DNA from: Syntrophobacteraceae bacterium
GTDB taxonomy: Bacteria; Desulfobacterota; Syntrophobacteria; Syntrophobacterales; Syntrophobacteraceae
Assembly (NCBI GenBank): GCA_029974695.1
Contig: JARKQW010000140.1
Location: 1-41,951 of the forward strand
Direction: 5' to 3'
DNA length: 41,951 nucleotides
Made by a program: the position numbers and the translations under genes. Under the pieces are notes generated by a model. The model saw only the letters and a list, made by a program, of their open reading frames with translations. It made no database searches and was not told the origin of the DNA. Shown piece by piece: positions 7,822 through 16,991 of this stretch. Each line of letters begins with the position of its first letter. Within the stretch, counting starts at the first letter, position 1.

Positions 7822-9489
7822 ATGAGGAGAGGGTACACGATCGGCTTGGTTCTGTTGTTCCTTGGCTGGTGGCTGTCGAGTGTTGATGCGGCCACCTACT
7901 ACGTGAGACCGGACGGGGGCACGGCCGCCCAGTGCACGGGTCAGGCCGACGCGCCGTATCCCGGCACGGGAGTTCGACAGGCGTGCGCCTGGGCACATCC
8001 CTTCTGGGCCCTGGACCGCTCGGGAAACTGGAAGATCCATGGGGGCGACACCCTCATCCTGGCGCCAGGCAATTACAGAATGGGCTTCGGAGCCCCCAAC
8101 ACCCGTTGGTGCTCCCGGGATTATCCCTGGGACTGCCACCTCCCGCCCCTGCCTTCGGGCCCCGCCCCGGACCAGCCGACCAGAATCCTGGGGGACGGCT
8201 GGGACCGGGGCTGCGTCAAGAAACCCCGGCTCTGGGGGACCCAACGAGCCCTCCAGGTGTTGGATCTGACGGACACCTCCAACGCCGTGATCGAGTGTCT
8301 GGAGATCACCGACCGCTCCGGCTGCGCACTGGATCACTGCAAAGCATCCGTCCGGTGTCCCAGAAACGACTACCCGTTCGGCAACTATGCAGACCTGGGG
8401 CTTTATGCGGAGGACTCTTCCAACGTGGTGTTGAGAAACCTGGACATCCACGGTATGGCATGGGGCGGCATTCGGGCGGGTCGGATCAAGGACTGGCTTG
8501 TCGAGGACGTACGCCTCGCAGGCAACGGGGGAGTGGGGTGGGATGGAGATATCGGCCGACGCAGCTCCAATCGGGGTACCCTGACCTTTCGAAGGATGAC
8601 CGTTGAATGGAACGGATGCCCCGAATCCTACCCCGGCCGGGTCCCCAAAAACTGCTGGGGCCAGGAGACCTGCGGCGGGTATGGGGACGGCATGGGACTG
8701 GCCCGCTCCGGGGGACATTGGGTGGTCGAGGATTCCGTGTTCCGATACAACGTCTCCGACGGACTCGACCTTCTCTACGTGGGGGTCGATTATCCCAAGT
8801 CCCTGATCGAGTTGAGAAGGTCCATGGCTTACGGGAACGGAGGAAACCAGTTCAAAATCGGGGGGGATTCGACCGTCGTCAACTGCCTTGCCGTGGGCAA
8901 TTGCGGGTTCTTCTACGGAAAGTCCTATGCCCGAAAGATGGGTCCCGTGGACTCCGGCGATCATTGCCGTGCCGGGGGAGGGGCCGTTGCCGTCTTTCTG
9001 GGCCGGGGAGACACCGCATCCATCGTCAATTCCACCATTGCAGGCCAAGGTTGGGCACTGTTGGACGCCGCCTGCATCACCAAGGACTTTCCGGACCAGC
9101 CGTCCTGCAACGGAACGGAGTCGCTCACCCTCATGAACAATGTGTTTCAGGGCTACCAGGTCTTCTACCTCGATTACAAACGACTGACGGATTTCGTGGG
9201 GGATGGAGATCCGGATAACTTCACATCGTCTGCCCGGGTCGACTACAACATCATCCACAAGGCGGAAGTTTCGAGTCCTACGGGCCCCAACAACCTGTTC
9301 GAGAACCCACGGTTGGAGAACGGCGCAATTCATGTTTTCGACGGGCACCTGCGGTCCGGCAGCCCGGCCCGGGATTCCGGGTTGCCCGTGGGCAGCGTTT
9401 CCGGGTTGGTTCCCGGGGAAGACATCGAGAGGAATGCCCGGCCTGTGGGCAACGGAGTGGACCGGGGCGCCTACGAGTACGGGAACTGA
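7822..9489 (+). CDS. Exported right-handed parallel beta-helix repeat protein
   Basis: Lies in ORF 7486..9489. ATG 7822 is preceded by GGAGAAGGAGGGAGAGCC. Signal peptide MRRGYTIGLVLLFLGWWLSSVDA. N-terminal YYVRPDGG and C-terminal DIERNARPVGNGVDRGAYEY are typical of the pectate-lyase-fold beta-helix family. The 718-aa minus ORF over it is an antisense shadow. Confidence 0.8.
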   Translation: MRRGYTIGLVLLFLGWWLSSVDAATYYVRPDGGTAAQCTGQADAPYPGTGVRQACAWAHPFWALDRSGNWKIHGGDTLILAPGNYRMGFGAPNTRWCSRDYPWDCHLPPLPSGPAPDQPTRILGDGWDRGCVKKPRLWGTQRALQVLDLTDTSNAVIECLEITDRSGCALDHCKASVRCPRNDYPFGNYADLGLYAEDSSNVVLRNLDIHGMAWGGIRAGRIKDWLVEDVRLAGNGGVGWDGDIGRRSSNRGTLTFRRMTVEWNGCPESYPGRVPKNCWGQETCGGYGDGMGLARSGGHWVVEDSVFRYNVSDGLDLLYVGVDYPKSLIELRRSMAYGNGGNQFKIGGDSTVVNCLAVGNCGFFYGKSYARKMGPVDSGDHCRAGGGAVAVFLGRGDTASIVNSTIAGQGWALLDAACITKDFPDQPSCNGTESLTLMNNVFQGYQVFYLDYKRLTDFVGDGDPDNFTSSARVDYNIIHKAEVSSPTGPNNLFENPRLENGAIHVFDGHLRSGSPARDSGLPVGSVSGLVPGEDIERNARPVGNGVDRGAYEYGN

Positions 9490-9780
9490 TCGCCGTTTCG
9501 GGCGGGAGGGAGCGCCTTCACGGGAACCAGCAACCCGATCGAGACGCCTGCGGGCTTCCGGCGAAAAGTCTGCCCACCCCCCATTGGGATTGGGAGGTCG
9601 GGAGCGAGGGGGAATCTCTCCCCTCGTTCCCGAACCGGCACCCCATCTTCTCGATAAGCGCCCCCTCGGCGAACTGCTCTTCGATCTTGGCCGCAAGCCG
9701 CGTTGTCCTCTCGTCGAACGGCTCGCCGTCATCCTGCTGTGCCTCGGCGCAGATGCAGCGGCGACCCTTTGCCGCCCCGC

Positions 9781-9832
9781 GCTTCCCCAATGGGAAACGG
9801 ACGTCGGCACGGACCGGTTTCCATGTTACTAC
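9781..9832 (+). repeat. Dispersed ~50-nt conserved block, copy A
   Basis: GCTTCCCCAATGGGAAACGGACGTCGGCACGGACCGGTTTCCATGTTACTA versus 16870..16920 GCTTCCCCAATGGAAAATAGCCGTCGGCATGGACCGGTTTCAATGTTAGTA. Weaker similarity continues about 150 nt to the left in both copies. Confidence 0.6.
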
Positions 9833-10063
9833 GGGTCTTGTGGCGCGTTGAACTCCGAGCTTTTGACTCCCGGATCTTTGGCCGTGTATCTGAAGACTCC
9901 CGGACGTCACCCGTCGGATGGAAGCCAAAGCGGCTCCGCCCCGGGAGAATTCAAAGCTCACGGCTGAAGGCTAATCGCTTGTGGATAAGACCCAACCGGT
10001 ACATCCGGCGGAGGACTTTCAGCCGCTGCTGATCCGCAGGTTGGGCCGACATGAGGAGGGAAC

Positions 10064-10585
10064 GTGATCGTTCGGCCGACAGCGACGAAGAAGAGACCCG
10101 CTTCCCCTGTTGCCTATACGGCAGTGCTGCTTGCGGTACTGACTCTGATGCTCGGGTTTTTCCGGGCATCCACGGCAACGAGCACAGGAGAAGGGACAAA
10201 TACCATGGAGGAAGACATCTGGAAACTGGAAGAGGCATACTTCACGGATTTGTACAAAGCCGAGTACGAAGGTGTTTTGGAGCTTGTGCATCCGCAGTTT
10301 CTCGGATGGCCCGGCAACCTGCCTAAGCCCGTCGGCAAAGAAGAGAGTGCGGCGTTCATGAAGAAGTTGGTCCCACAGCCAACGCCGTGCGCCGTCAGGA
10401 TTGAACGTGGTGGTCTGCAGATATCGGGAGATACGGCATTGACTCAGTATACCGTATACGTGAGCTGTTCCGAGGGGAGCGAAAGGATGAGCACGCAGGG
10501 GTCGCGGATCACCCACACGTGGGTTATGAGAAACGGGCGATGGCAGCTACTGGGCGGTATGAGTCGCGAGGTCAAGCAGGAGTAG
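10064..10585 (+). CDS. NTF2-like (DUF4440/SnoaL-like) protein with N-terminal signal/anchor
   Basis: GTG start after GAGGAGGGAAC. Hydrophobic N-terminus VAYTAVLLAVLTLMLGFF. The C-terminal ITHTWVMRNGRWQLLGGMS is typical of DUF4440-type NTF2 folds. Confidence 0.7.
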   Translation: MIVRPTATKKRPASPVAYTAVLLAVLTLMLGFFRASTATSTGEGTNTMEEDIWKLEEAYFTDLYKAEYEGVLELVHPQFLGWPGNLPKPVGKEESAAFMKKLVPQPTPCAVRIERGGLQISGDTALTQYTVYVSCSEGSERMSTQGSRITHTWVMRNGRWQLLGGMSREVKQE

Positions 10586-11027
10586 GTCGGAGGAAAGTCC
10601 CCGACCTGAGATCGTGCGGGTTGCTTCGCGTCCGGTGATTTGGGCACCCGCCCTCTTCCTATCCTCCGGGCTGCCCTCTCCATGACTCCTTGCTCCTATT
10701 TTTGAAACTATCTTCTTGAAGATTCCTCGCGGCTGTGGTACTGGCACATCGAATTCAGCTCCGGAAGCTGAGGAAACTCTCCGGCGTTTTTCCTGAAATC
10801 ATCGACACTTCGACTTCCAACCGAAGCCATGAAGGCTTTACGACCGCAAGGGCCGGAATCCTTCGTGGCTTTTTGTGTTCTATCCAGGTCATGAAGCATC
10901 CCCCCCGGAAGGTCGCTCTTTTTCCTTCTTTCTTGTCCGTTTTTTGATTTCCATTCATCCGGTACCGCTTTCGGAAGGGCCACTCCGGAGCGGGCGCGGC
11001 TTGTATGGGAGAAAGGAGCAGAGTAAG

Positions 11028-13070
11028 ATGAAGAGAGGGTTTGTGCTTCTTGTCTCGGGGGCGGCATTTTTGCTTTCACTCTTTTCCGTCGTGGTGTGCG
11101 CCCAGACAACACCGGGTCAGTACGGCGGTGAGACGGCGGAGATGGAGGCCATTGTGGTAACGGCATCCAAGGCGCCGAAGGCTAAATCGGATGTAACACA
11201 GGCTGTGGATACGCTTACCGAGGAGGAAATCGATACCTACCTCGGCAGCAAAAGGAACATTCAGGAGCTGCTTATGTATCAGCCGGGTTTTTTCATCGAC
11301 GTGCTGTCGCGAAACGACGCCAACTGGGGCTCGGTGGGGGGGCTCCCGCACAAATACAGTACCTTCATGCTCGACGGGCTTCCAATCGACTCCTTCGTCG
11401 ATCCTCAGAGCCTGGATCCCTGGGCTTTCCAGAGGATCGAAATCCAGCGCGGCCCGGCGTCGGTGCTCTACCCGAACTATCTCTTCATGGATTTCGCGGG
11501 AAACGAAACGCCCCTTGCCGGAACGGTGAACCTGATCCTGCGGGACCGAATCGACAATCCCATGACGAAGCTCTCCGCGGAGTACGGCTCATACAACACC
11601 ATCAATGGGCGCTTCTATCATCAGAACAAGGTGGGCAACTTCCACTTCTTCCTGGGCGGCCAATATGAGCAGTCGGACTACACGAACTACGGCACCGACC
11701 CTTCCTGGCTGAACATGATCGACGACCCGGAATACCGGAAAATCAGGCTCTACGGCCATGGGACCTACTTTTTCGGCAACTCCGACGAGCATAAGCTTTC
11801 GGTGTTTGCGCACAATACCTGGCACGACGGTGACGCGGGGCGACCCAACCGCGATTTCGAGCACCAGTACACGACCCTCAACGCCGACTATCAAGTCCCC
11901 ATAAGCCCCTGCGTCATGGCCCGCGCCAAGGTCGGCTATCGCAACTACGACCGCACCTGGGAGGAAGACAACTTCCCCGCGAACCTCGCCTTGCGGGAGG
12001 AAGACGGCGTTAAGCAGGAGATCGTTCCAGGAGACTTCTCGGTATCGTTCAAGCACCTCGACGGAGGCTTGTTCACCGCCGGCACCGATTTCCAGGTTGC
12101 CACCTACAAGACCTTTGCCGAAGTGACTCGGAAGGTTACCGGCAACGATGCCACGGCTAGCCAGAACGGAGTATACGTGCAGGAGGAGTACAAGTGGAAA
12201 GACTGGGTGTTCCGGGCGGGAGGCCGATACAACTACACGCATCATGACTATGACCGCATCGGCGGGGTGGTGCCCGGAGTTGATGATGCATCCTGGGACA
12301 AGCTGCTGTGGAGTGCGGGTGTGCGTTACAATGTCCTCGAGTCTCTGTCTTTTTACTCCAATGCAGGCACAAGCTTCGTGGTCCCCGGGATCAAGTCCAT
12401 CGGCGGCACGCTCAAGCCCGAGGACGAGGGCGTGCCCGGCAAGAACGGGCAGCTTCCCAATCCCGACCTGAAGCCCGAAAGCGGACTCGGTTGGGATTTC
12501 GGCATAGACTACCGGGCCACAAAACGCCTGTCCCTGGGTGCTCGAGTTTTCCTCAACAAGGTGGACGATCAGATCGTGGATATCGTTGTGAGCCGGGACC
12601 CCTCTCAATCCAAGTCCGTCAATGCGGGGAAGACGACCGCCTATGGCGTCGAGATCGAGGCCAAGCACAGGCTGAATTCCTGGCTACAGTGGTTCGCCAA
12701 CTACACGTACACCAACAGCAACGTGGAAAACCCGACAAACCCCGACCAGGACGACGTCGAAGTTCCCTTCGTTCCGGAGCACATGGGAAACATAGGCTTT
12801 CAGGCTTTCCTTCCGTACGACATAATGGCAGCAGCGTGGCTACACGTGGCGGGGGAGATCTTCGACAGCACATCCAAATCAAACAGGAACGGGTTCACCC
12901 ACTACGAGCTCATCAACGCGAAGATTCAAAAGGCGTTGGTCAAGAAGGAGGCCTACAAGCTGGACTGCTATCTCGATCTCTACAACATCACCAACAACAA
13001 GTTCACGATGCCGTGGCAGTTCCAGGACCCGGGGTTTGCCGCGTCGGGTGGGCTGAAGTTTGTGTTCTAG
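11028..13070 (+). CDS. TonB-dependent outer-membrane receptor
   Basis: Lies in ORF 10875..13070. ATG 11028 follows GAAAGGAGCAGAG. Signal peptide MKRGFVLLVSGAAFLLSLFSVVVCAQ. Plug region (IVVTASK..., QRIEIQRGPASVLYP). The beta-barrel ends in the terminal F (GGLKFVF). Confidence 0.9.
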   Translation: MKRGFVLLVSGAAFLLSLFSVVVCAQTTPGQYGGETAEMEAIVVTASKAPKAKSDVTQAVDTLTEEEIDTYLGSKRNIQELLMYQPGFFIDVLSRNDANWGSVGGLPHKYSTFMLDGLPIDSFVDPQSLDPWAFQRIEIQRGPASVLYPNYLFMDFAGNETPLAGTVNLILRDRIDNPMTKLSAEYGSYNTINGRFYHQNKVGNFHFFLGGQYEQSDYTNYGTDPSWLNMIDDPEYRKIRLYGHGTYFFGNSDEHKLSVFAHNTWHDGDAGRPNRDFEHQYTTLNADYQVPISPCVMARAKVGYRNYDRTWEEDNFPANLALREEDGVKQEIVPGDFSVSFKHLDGGLFTAGTDFQVATYKTFAEVTRKVTGNDATASQNGVYVQEEYKWKDWVFRAGGRYNYTHHDYDRIGGVVPGVDDASWDKLLWSAGVRYNVLESLSFYSNAGTSFVVPGIKSIGGTLKPEDEGVPGKNGQLPNPDLKPESGLGWDFGIDYRATKRLSLGARVFLNKVDDQIVDIVVSRDPSQSKSVNAGKTTAYGVEIEAKHRLNSWLQWFANYTYTNSNVENPTNPDQDDVEVPFVPEHMGNIGFQAFLPYDIMAAAWLHVAGEIFDSTSKSNRNGFTHYELINAKIQKALVKKEAYKLDCYLDLYNITNNKFTMPWQFQDPGFAASGGLKFVF

Positions 13071-13328
13071 TGCGATGTCAAAGGTGTCCTACCGGGTCCG
13101 CGACGGGCGGCAGGGTGGGCAAAAGCAGAGGGTTGCCGGTCCCGGATCGCACAACGGAGGCGGATAATACTGCGCCCACCCTACGATTTCAACCGGGCGA
13201 AGCTGAAATGACGGAGCACCCGCAGCGAACGGTGTAGGGTGAAATCCGGACAGTAGGAGGCAGACCGGCGGACGGCGATTCATATCCGCTCTTTCCCGCT
13301 CACCGTTCCCTCCCCTGGAAGGACAGCG

Positions 13329-14366
13329 ATGAATCGGTTCTCTTTTCTTCGGGCGTTTCTGCTGGGGATCGTTCTTGTTTCACCGGGAATCATTCCCCAC
13401 GTGTGCATTGCGTCCGAGTTGGTCGCATCCTCGAGGATCACGGTGACGGATTTTCGCGGGAAGACGATTTCCCTGGACCGCCCCGCCGGGAGGATCGTCT
13501 GCCTTATCGAGAGCGCCCTCAGCGGACTGTACATGTTGGGGGCCGCAGACCGCGTGGTCGGCATCTCCGCCAATGTCTACCAGGGTGACGTTTATCCGTA
13601 CTACGCCGCCATGGACCCGAGAATTGCCGAAAAGAGCCTCCCTGCTCCGGGGAATTGGGATTTCGTCAACATCGAGCGGGTGATTGCCCTCGATCCCGAT
13701 CTCGTCATCATCTGGTCCCGTCAGGAAGAGTCCATACGAGCCGTTGAGGAGCGGGGCATCCCGGTGTTCGGGGTCTTTATCGGGTCATTCGAGGACATAT
13801 ACCGGGAGATGCGCGCCCTGGGAAAGCTGACGGGGACCTCGGAGCGGGCAGGGCAACTGATCGACGCCGCAAAAGAAGAGCTTACGCGGATCGGAGCGAA
13901 AACACAAACCGTCGGCAAGCGTCCGAGGGTCTATTTCATGTGGTCTCAGGGAGAGCTCGAGACATCGGGAAGCAAGAGCACCGTGCACGAACTGATCACC
14001 CTGGCGGGAGGCGAGAACGTGTGCGGAGGCATCGAACAGGAGCACCTGGTGGTGAACATGGAGAGGGTCCTGGCGTGGGACCCCGAGGTCATAGTCCTGT
14101 GGGTCAACGAAAGAAAAGGACCAAAGGACATCCTCGATAGCCCTATATGGCAGGGCGTGCGGGCGGTGCGGACTCAAAACGTCCACGAGCTTCCGGATGT
14201 CTTTTCAAGCGATCTTTGGACCCTCAAGTTCCAGTATGTAGTAAAGCTGCTGGCCGAATGGTGCCACCCGGACGTCTACGGTGAAGCGGACCTGGAGAAG
14301 GAAAGGCGGGAGATCTTCGTGAAGCTCTACGGTGAGAAGATCTTGCCTGCCCTTTCCCCCCGGTAA
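13329..14366 (+). CDS. Periplasmic binding protein, iron-siderophore/cobalamin type (Peripla_BP_2)
   Basis: RBS GGAAGGA. Signal peptide present. RIVCLIESALSGLYMLGAADRVVGIS and IALDPDLVIIW are typical of the FepB/BtuF class. Confidence 0.85.
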   Translation: MNRFSFLRAFLLGIVLVSPGIIPHVCIASELVASSRITVTDFRGKTISLDRPAGRIVCLIESALSGLYMLGAADRVVGISANVYQGDVYPYYAAMDPRIAEKSLPAPGNWDFVNIERVIALDPDLVIIWSRQEESIRAVEERGIPVFGVFIGSFEDIYREMRALGKLTGTSERAGQLIDAAKEELTRIGAKTQTVGKRPRVYFMWSQGELETSGSKSTVHELITLAGGENVCGGIEQEHLVVNMERVLAWDPEVIVLWVNERKGPKDILDSPIWQGVRAVRTQNVHELPDVFSSDLWTLKFQYVVKLLAEWCHPDVYGEADLEKERREIFVKLYGEKILPALSPR

Positions 14367-14400
14367 ACCAGTTCGACTCGCAACCGCCGAGAGGTGTCCT

Positions 14401-15411
14401 TTGAAACGTCCCGCGATCCGTTGGATTCTCTACGGCCTTCCTGTTCCCGTGCTGGTCCTCTCCCTTCTTGTGGGACCCTCCGACGTGATGTCTCCCGGTC
14501 AGGCGGTTTTGTGGATGGCGCGTAGGCTTGCGGGATTCTCCGGGCAGGCGGACGCAAAAGAGGCGCTCGTGAGCGCCATCCTCTGGAACGTGCGTCTTCC
14601 GAGGGTCCTTCTCACCTTTCTGGTAGGGGGCGCCCTGGCTGCGTCCGGCAACAGCATCCAGGCTCTCTTTCGCAATCCGCTGGTTTGCCCCTATCTCTTG
14701 GGACTTTCTTCGGGGGGCGCCTTTGGAGCGGCATTGGCGCTCACCACTTCCTGGATACCCCTCCAGCCCTCGGCTTTTCTCTTCGGGCTGCTCGCCGTTA
14801 CATCGAGCTACCTTCTTGCCCGCGTCAGGGGTCGGATTGCGACGGTTTCTCTCATTCTCTCCGGAGTCATCGTCTCCGGGATCTTCACCTCGCTTCTTAC
14901 CATCCTTCAGTTCTTGACCGACCCCTTCAAGCTCCAGACCATCGTGCACTGGACCATGGGAAACCTCCACAACGCCACCTGGGAGAAGGTACGCTCGGCA
15001 GCCCCTCTCATTCTTGCAAGCACGGCATGTCTCTTCCTTATGCGATGGCGCATGAACGTCCTTGCCCTCGGAGACGAGGAAATGCGGGCGGTGGGACTCA
15101 ATCCCGAGCGGGAAAAATTGCTGCTCATCCTGCCGGCAACGCTGGCCGCATCCGCCTCCGTGGCCGTCGCCGGCGTCATCGGCCTGGCAGGTCTGATGGT
15201 GCCTCACATGGTGCGGATGATGATTGGGCCGGACAATACGCACACCTTGCCCGCATGCTTTGCTTTCGGGGGATCTTTCCTCCTCCTCGTGGACAACCTG
15301 TCGAGAACAACGGCTTCCTTCGAACTCCCCGTGGGGGTGTTCACGACGCTGGCGGGCGGCCCCTTTTTCATCTTTCTTTTGAAAAGGGCCGGGATCGGAT
15401 GGGAAACATGA
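14401..15411 (+). CDS. ABC transporter permease, FecCD/BtuC family
   Basis: Polytopic membrane protein in ORF 14332..15411. A TTG at 14401 after GAGAGG avoids overlap with the binding-protein gene; the 14332 start is also possible. The C-terminal TTLAGGPFFIFLL is typical of FecCD. Confidence 0.8.
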   Translation: MKRPAIRWILYGLPVPVLVLSLLVGPSDVMSPGQAVLWMARRLAGFSGQADAKEALVSAILWNVRLPRVLLTFLVGGALAASGNSIQALFRNPLVCPYLLGLSSGGAFGAALALTTSWIPLQPSAFLFGLLAVTSSYLLARVRGRIATVSLILSGVIVSGIFTSLLTILQFLTDPFKLQTIVHWTMGNLHNATWEKVRSAAPLILASTACLFLMRWRMNVLALGDEEMRAVGLNPEREKLLLILPATLAASASVAVAGVIGLAGLMVPHMVRMMIGPDNTHTLPACFAFGGSFLLLVDNLSRTTASFELPVGVFTTLAGGPFFIFLLKRAGIGWET

Positions 15412-16196
15412 ATGACGCCCTACGAGTTGAACGCCTGTCCTTCCGCTACGGCAAAAGATTGGTCCTTGACGACATTCACCTGGTCATGCGGGAAGGAACA
15501 TTCACCGTGCTCCTCGGGAAGAACGGGAGCGGCAAGTCCACGCTCCTTCGCGTCATGGCCGGCCTGGCCCAATGTGGGAGCGGCAAGATAGAGCTTCTGG
15601 GAAAGGACCTTCGGAGCCTTTCCGCCTCGAGTCGGGCAAGGATTTTAGGGTTCCTGCCGCAGCAGCACCGGCCCGTCTTTCCCTTTTCCGTGGAAGATGT
15701 GGTCTTGACGGGGCGGGCATGCCATGTGACGTTGATTCCAGGAAAAAAGGACCGTGAAAAGGCGTTTGAAGCCATGGACAGGGTAGGAATCATGCACCTT
15801 GCGGGACGATCCTTTACGGAGCTCTCCGGCGGCGAGCAACAGATGGTCATGATCGCCCGCGTGCTGGCCCAGGAGCCCCGCATCATCCTTCTTGACGAGC
15901 CAACCGCCCATCTCGATTTTGTCAACCAGGCCCGACTGCTGGATCTCATCAGGGAACTGGTGGATTCGGGACTCACTGTGGCGGCCGTCCTGCACGACCC
16001 CAACCTCGCCTTCCTCTACGGCGATGAATTCGTATTTCTGAAAAACGGGCGGCTGCAGTCCGTGAGCAGCTCCCAAAAGCCGTGGGACGGAAGCCTTCTC
16101 AATGCGGTCTATGAGATGGACGTTCATACCGTTCCCTATGGCAAGCGCGCATTGGTCATTCCCGGAGGGGATAAGAAATCCGTTGACCACTCTTGA
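15408..16196 (+). CDS. ABC transporter ATP-binding protein (FecE/BtuD-like)
   Basis: Lies within fused ORF 14685..16196. An ATGA overlap with the permease stop gives start 15408; ATG 15399 is an alternative. Walker A GKNGSGKST, signature LSGGEQQ, Walker B IILLDEP. Confidence 0.9.
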   Translation: MNDALRVERLSFRYGKRLVLDDIHLVMREGTFTVLLGKNGSGKSTLLRVMAGLAQCGSGKIELLGKDLRSLSASSRARILGFLPQQHRPVFPFSVEDVVLTGRACHVTLIPGKKDREKAFEAMDRVGIMHLAGRSFTELSGGEQQMVMIARVLAQEPRIILLDEPTAHLDFVNQARLLDLIRELVDSGLTVAAVLHDPNLAFLYGDEFVFLKNGRLQSVSSSQKPWDGSLLNAVYEMDVHTVPYGKRALVIPGGDKKSVDHS

Positions 16197-16615
16197 CCGG
16201 ATGCCTGCGCCGTCATTCCCCTCCGGGCCGATTGTTGTCCACAAACAGAAATGTCCTCTTTTGCCGGAAATCCCCGAAAGCGACAAACCACAAGTCGGAA
16301 GGTCAACGACATCGAGACGCCTGATTCAGGGAATTGGCGACAACCGTGTCGTTCGGGCTACCGCATTGCGGTGCCTTGCGGGTCATGCCGGTGAGGACAC
16401 GGACTCGAAAAAGACCCTCCATAACCCGATGGGGCCGGGGGTAACGGAAGGTCCCCCATCGAAAATCACCGGTGCCCGTGAGGGTCGTCCTGAGGGTTTC
16501 GCGGCCCGCAAGTCTCGAAACATGCGAAGGGGTTAGGGGCAGCGGGGTATCCTTTGTGGGGGCGGCATCCGGTCCCGCTTGTCTGCCGCACGGTCGGGTC
16601 TTTCTTCCATAAATT

Positions 16616-16740
16616 GATGGTCCTGTAAAAGTCTCTTTCTTGGAACGGCACCGAAGGAATTCAATCGGTTAGGGTCGAGGAGACGCGCTCTCCGGGGCCT
16701 TTTCCCAAACCATCATAAATTGGAATGCGTCTCTTCGACA
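16616..16740 (+). repeat. Dispersed ~125-nt repeat, copy 2
   Basis: See 7169..7295. This copy is directly continuous (about 130 nt) with the 16870..16920 block. Confidence 0.6.
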
Positions 16741-16869
16741 GCCGTTTTGCCCAGTGCCGGGTCATCGACCCGGGAGCGGACCACCGTTGGGCGACGGCAA
16801 CCGGAAGCGTGCCTGAAATCCGGGGCGACGGCGGCGCATTCGCTGTTGGGGGGGAACTCTTCCTTCCCG

Positions 16870-16920
16870 TGCTTCCCCAATGGAAAATAGCCGTCGGCAT
16901 GGACCGGTTTCAATGTTAGT
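16870..16920 (+). repeat. Dispersed ~50-nt conserved block, copy B
   Basis: See 9781..9832. Confidence 0.6.
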
Positions 16921-16991
16921 ATAAAGTTACGCAGGATTCGTGCAGATCACTCGTGGATGGGCCCTGAAGGTTCACGGGGGGGACGTTCGAG

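Noticed and set aside
7654-9810. 718-aa minus ORF opposite the beta-helix gene. The same pattern appears at 16947..18764 (-), 11589..12668 (-), 14224..15243 (-), 31597..32946 (+), 32889..34454 (+ ORFs), 37218..38825 (+), 39907..41112 (-) and 40947..41882 (-).
   Set aside because: All are shadow ORFs antisense to genes with clear family motifs. They are Arg/Gly/Pro-rich, lack SD sequences and have no recognisable domains.
9518-9961. Interpretation of the 9518..9961 and 16713..16913 minus ORFs as hsdS (type I restriction specificity subunit) remnants
   Set aside because: The idea came from W-KPV-ADV...GK-G and ...RLAAKIEEQFAEG resembling HsdS N-terminal and conserved-region motifs. The resemblance is short. 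The two copies differ mostly by non-synonymous changes, and no hsdM or hsdR gene is nearby. They are kept only as nucleotide repeats.
10586-10612. Hairpin AGGTCGG-N10-CCGACCT directly after the NTF2-like gene as a rho-independent terminator
   Set aside because: A 7-bp stem is present, but no T-tract follows. It is too weak to call.
10742-10756. Sigma54 promoter TGGCAC-N5-ATTC upstream of the TonB receptor
   Set aside because: The -24 element is perfect (TGGCAC), but the -12 element reads ATTC instead of TTGC. This loses the essential GC dinucleotide.
10586-11027. Cobalamin (or other) riboswitch in the 440-nt leader of the TonB receptor / BtuF-like operon
   Set aside because: I looked for the B12-box (AGYCMGGAGACCKGCC-like) and for GCCACTG/GGTG..AA.CC core elements on the plus strand. 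I found only loose fragments (GGGCCACTCCGG, GGCCGGAATCC). That is not enough for a call; a cmscan with the Rfam Cobalamin, AdoCbl-variant and other models would decide.
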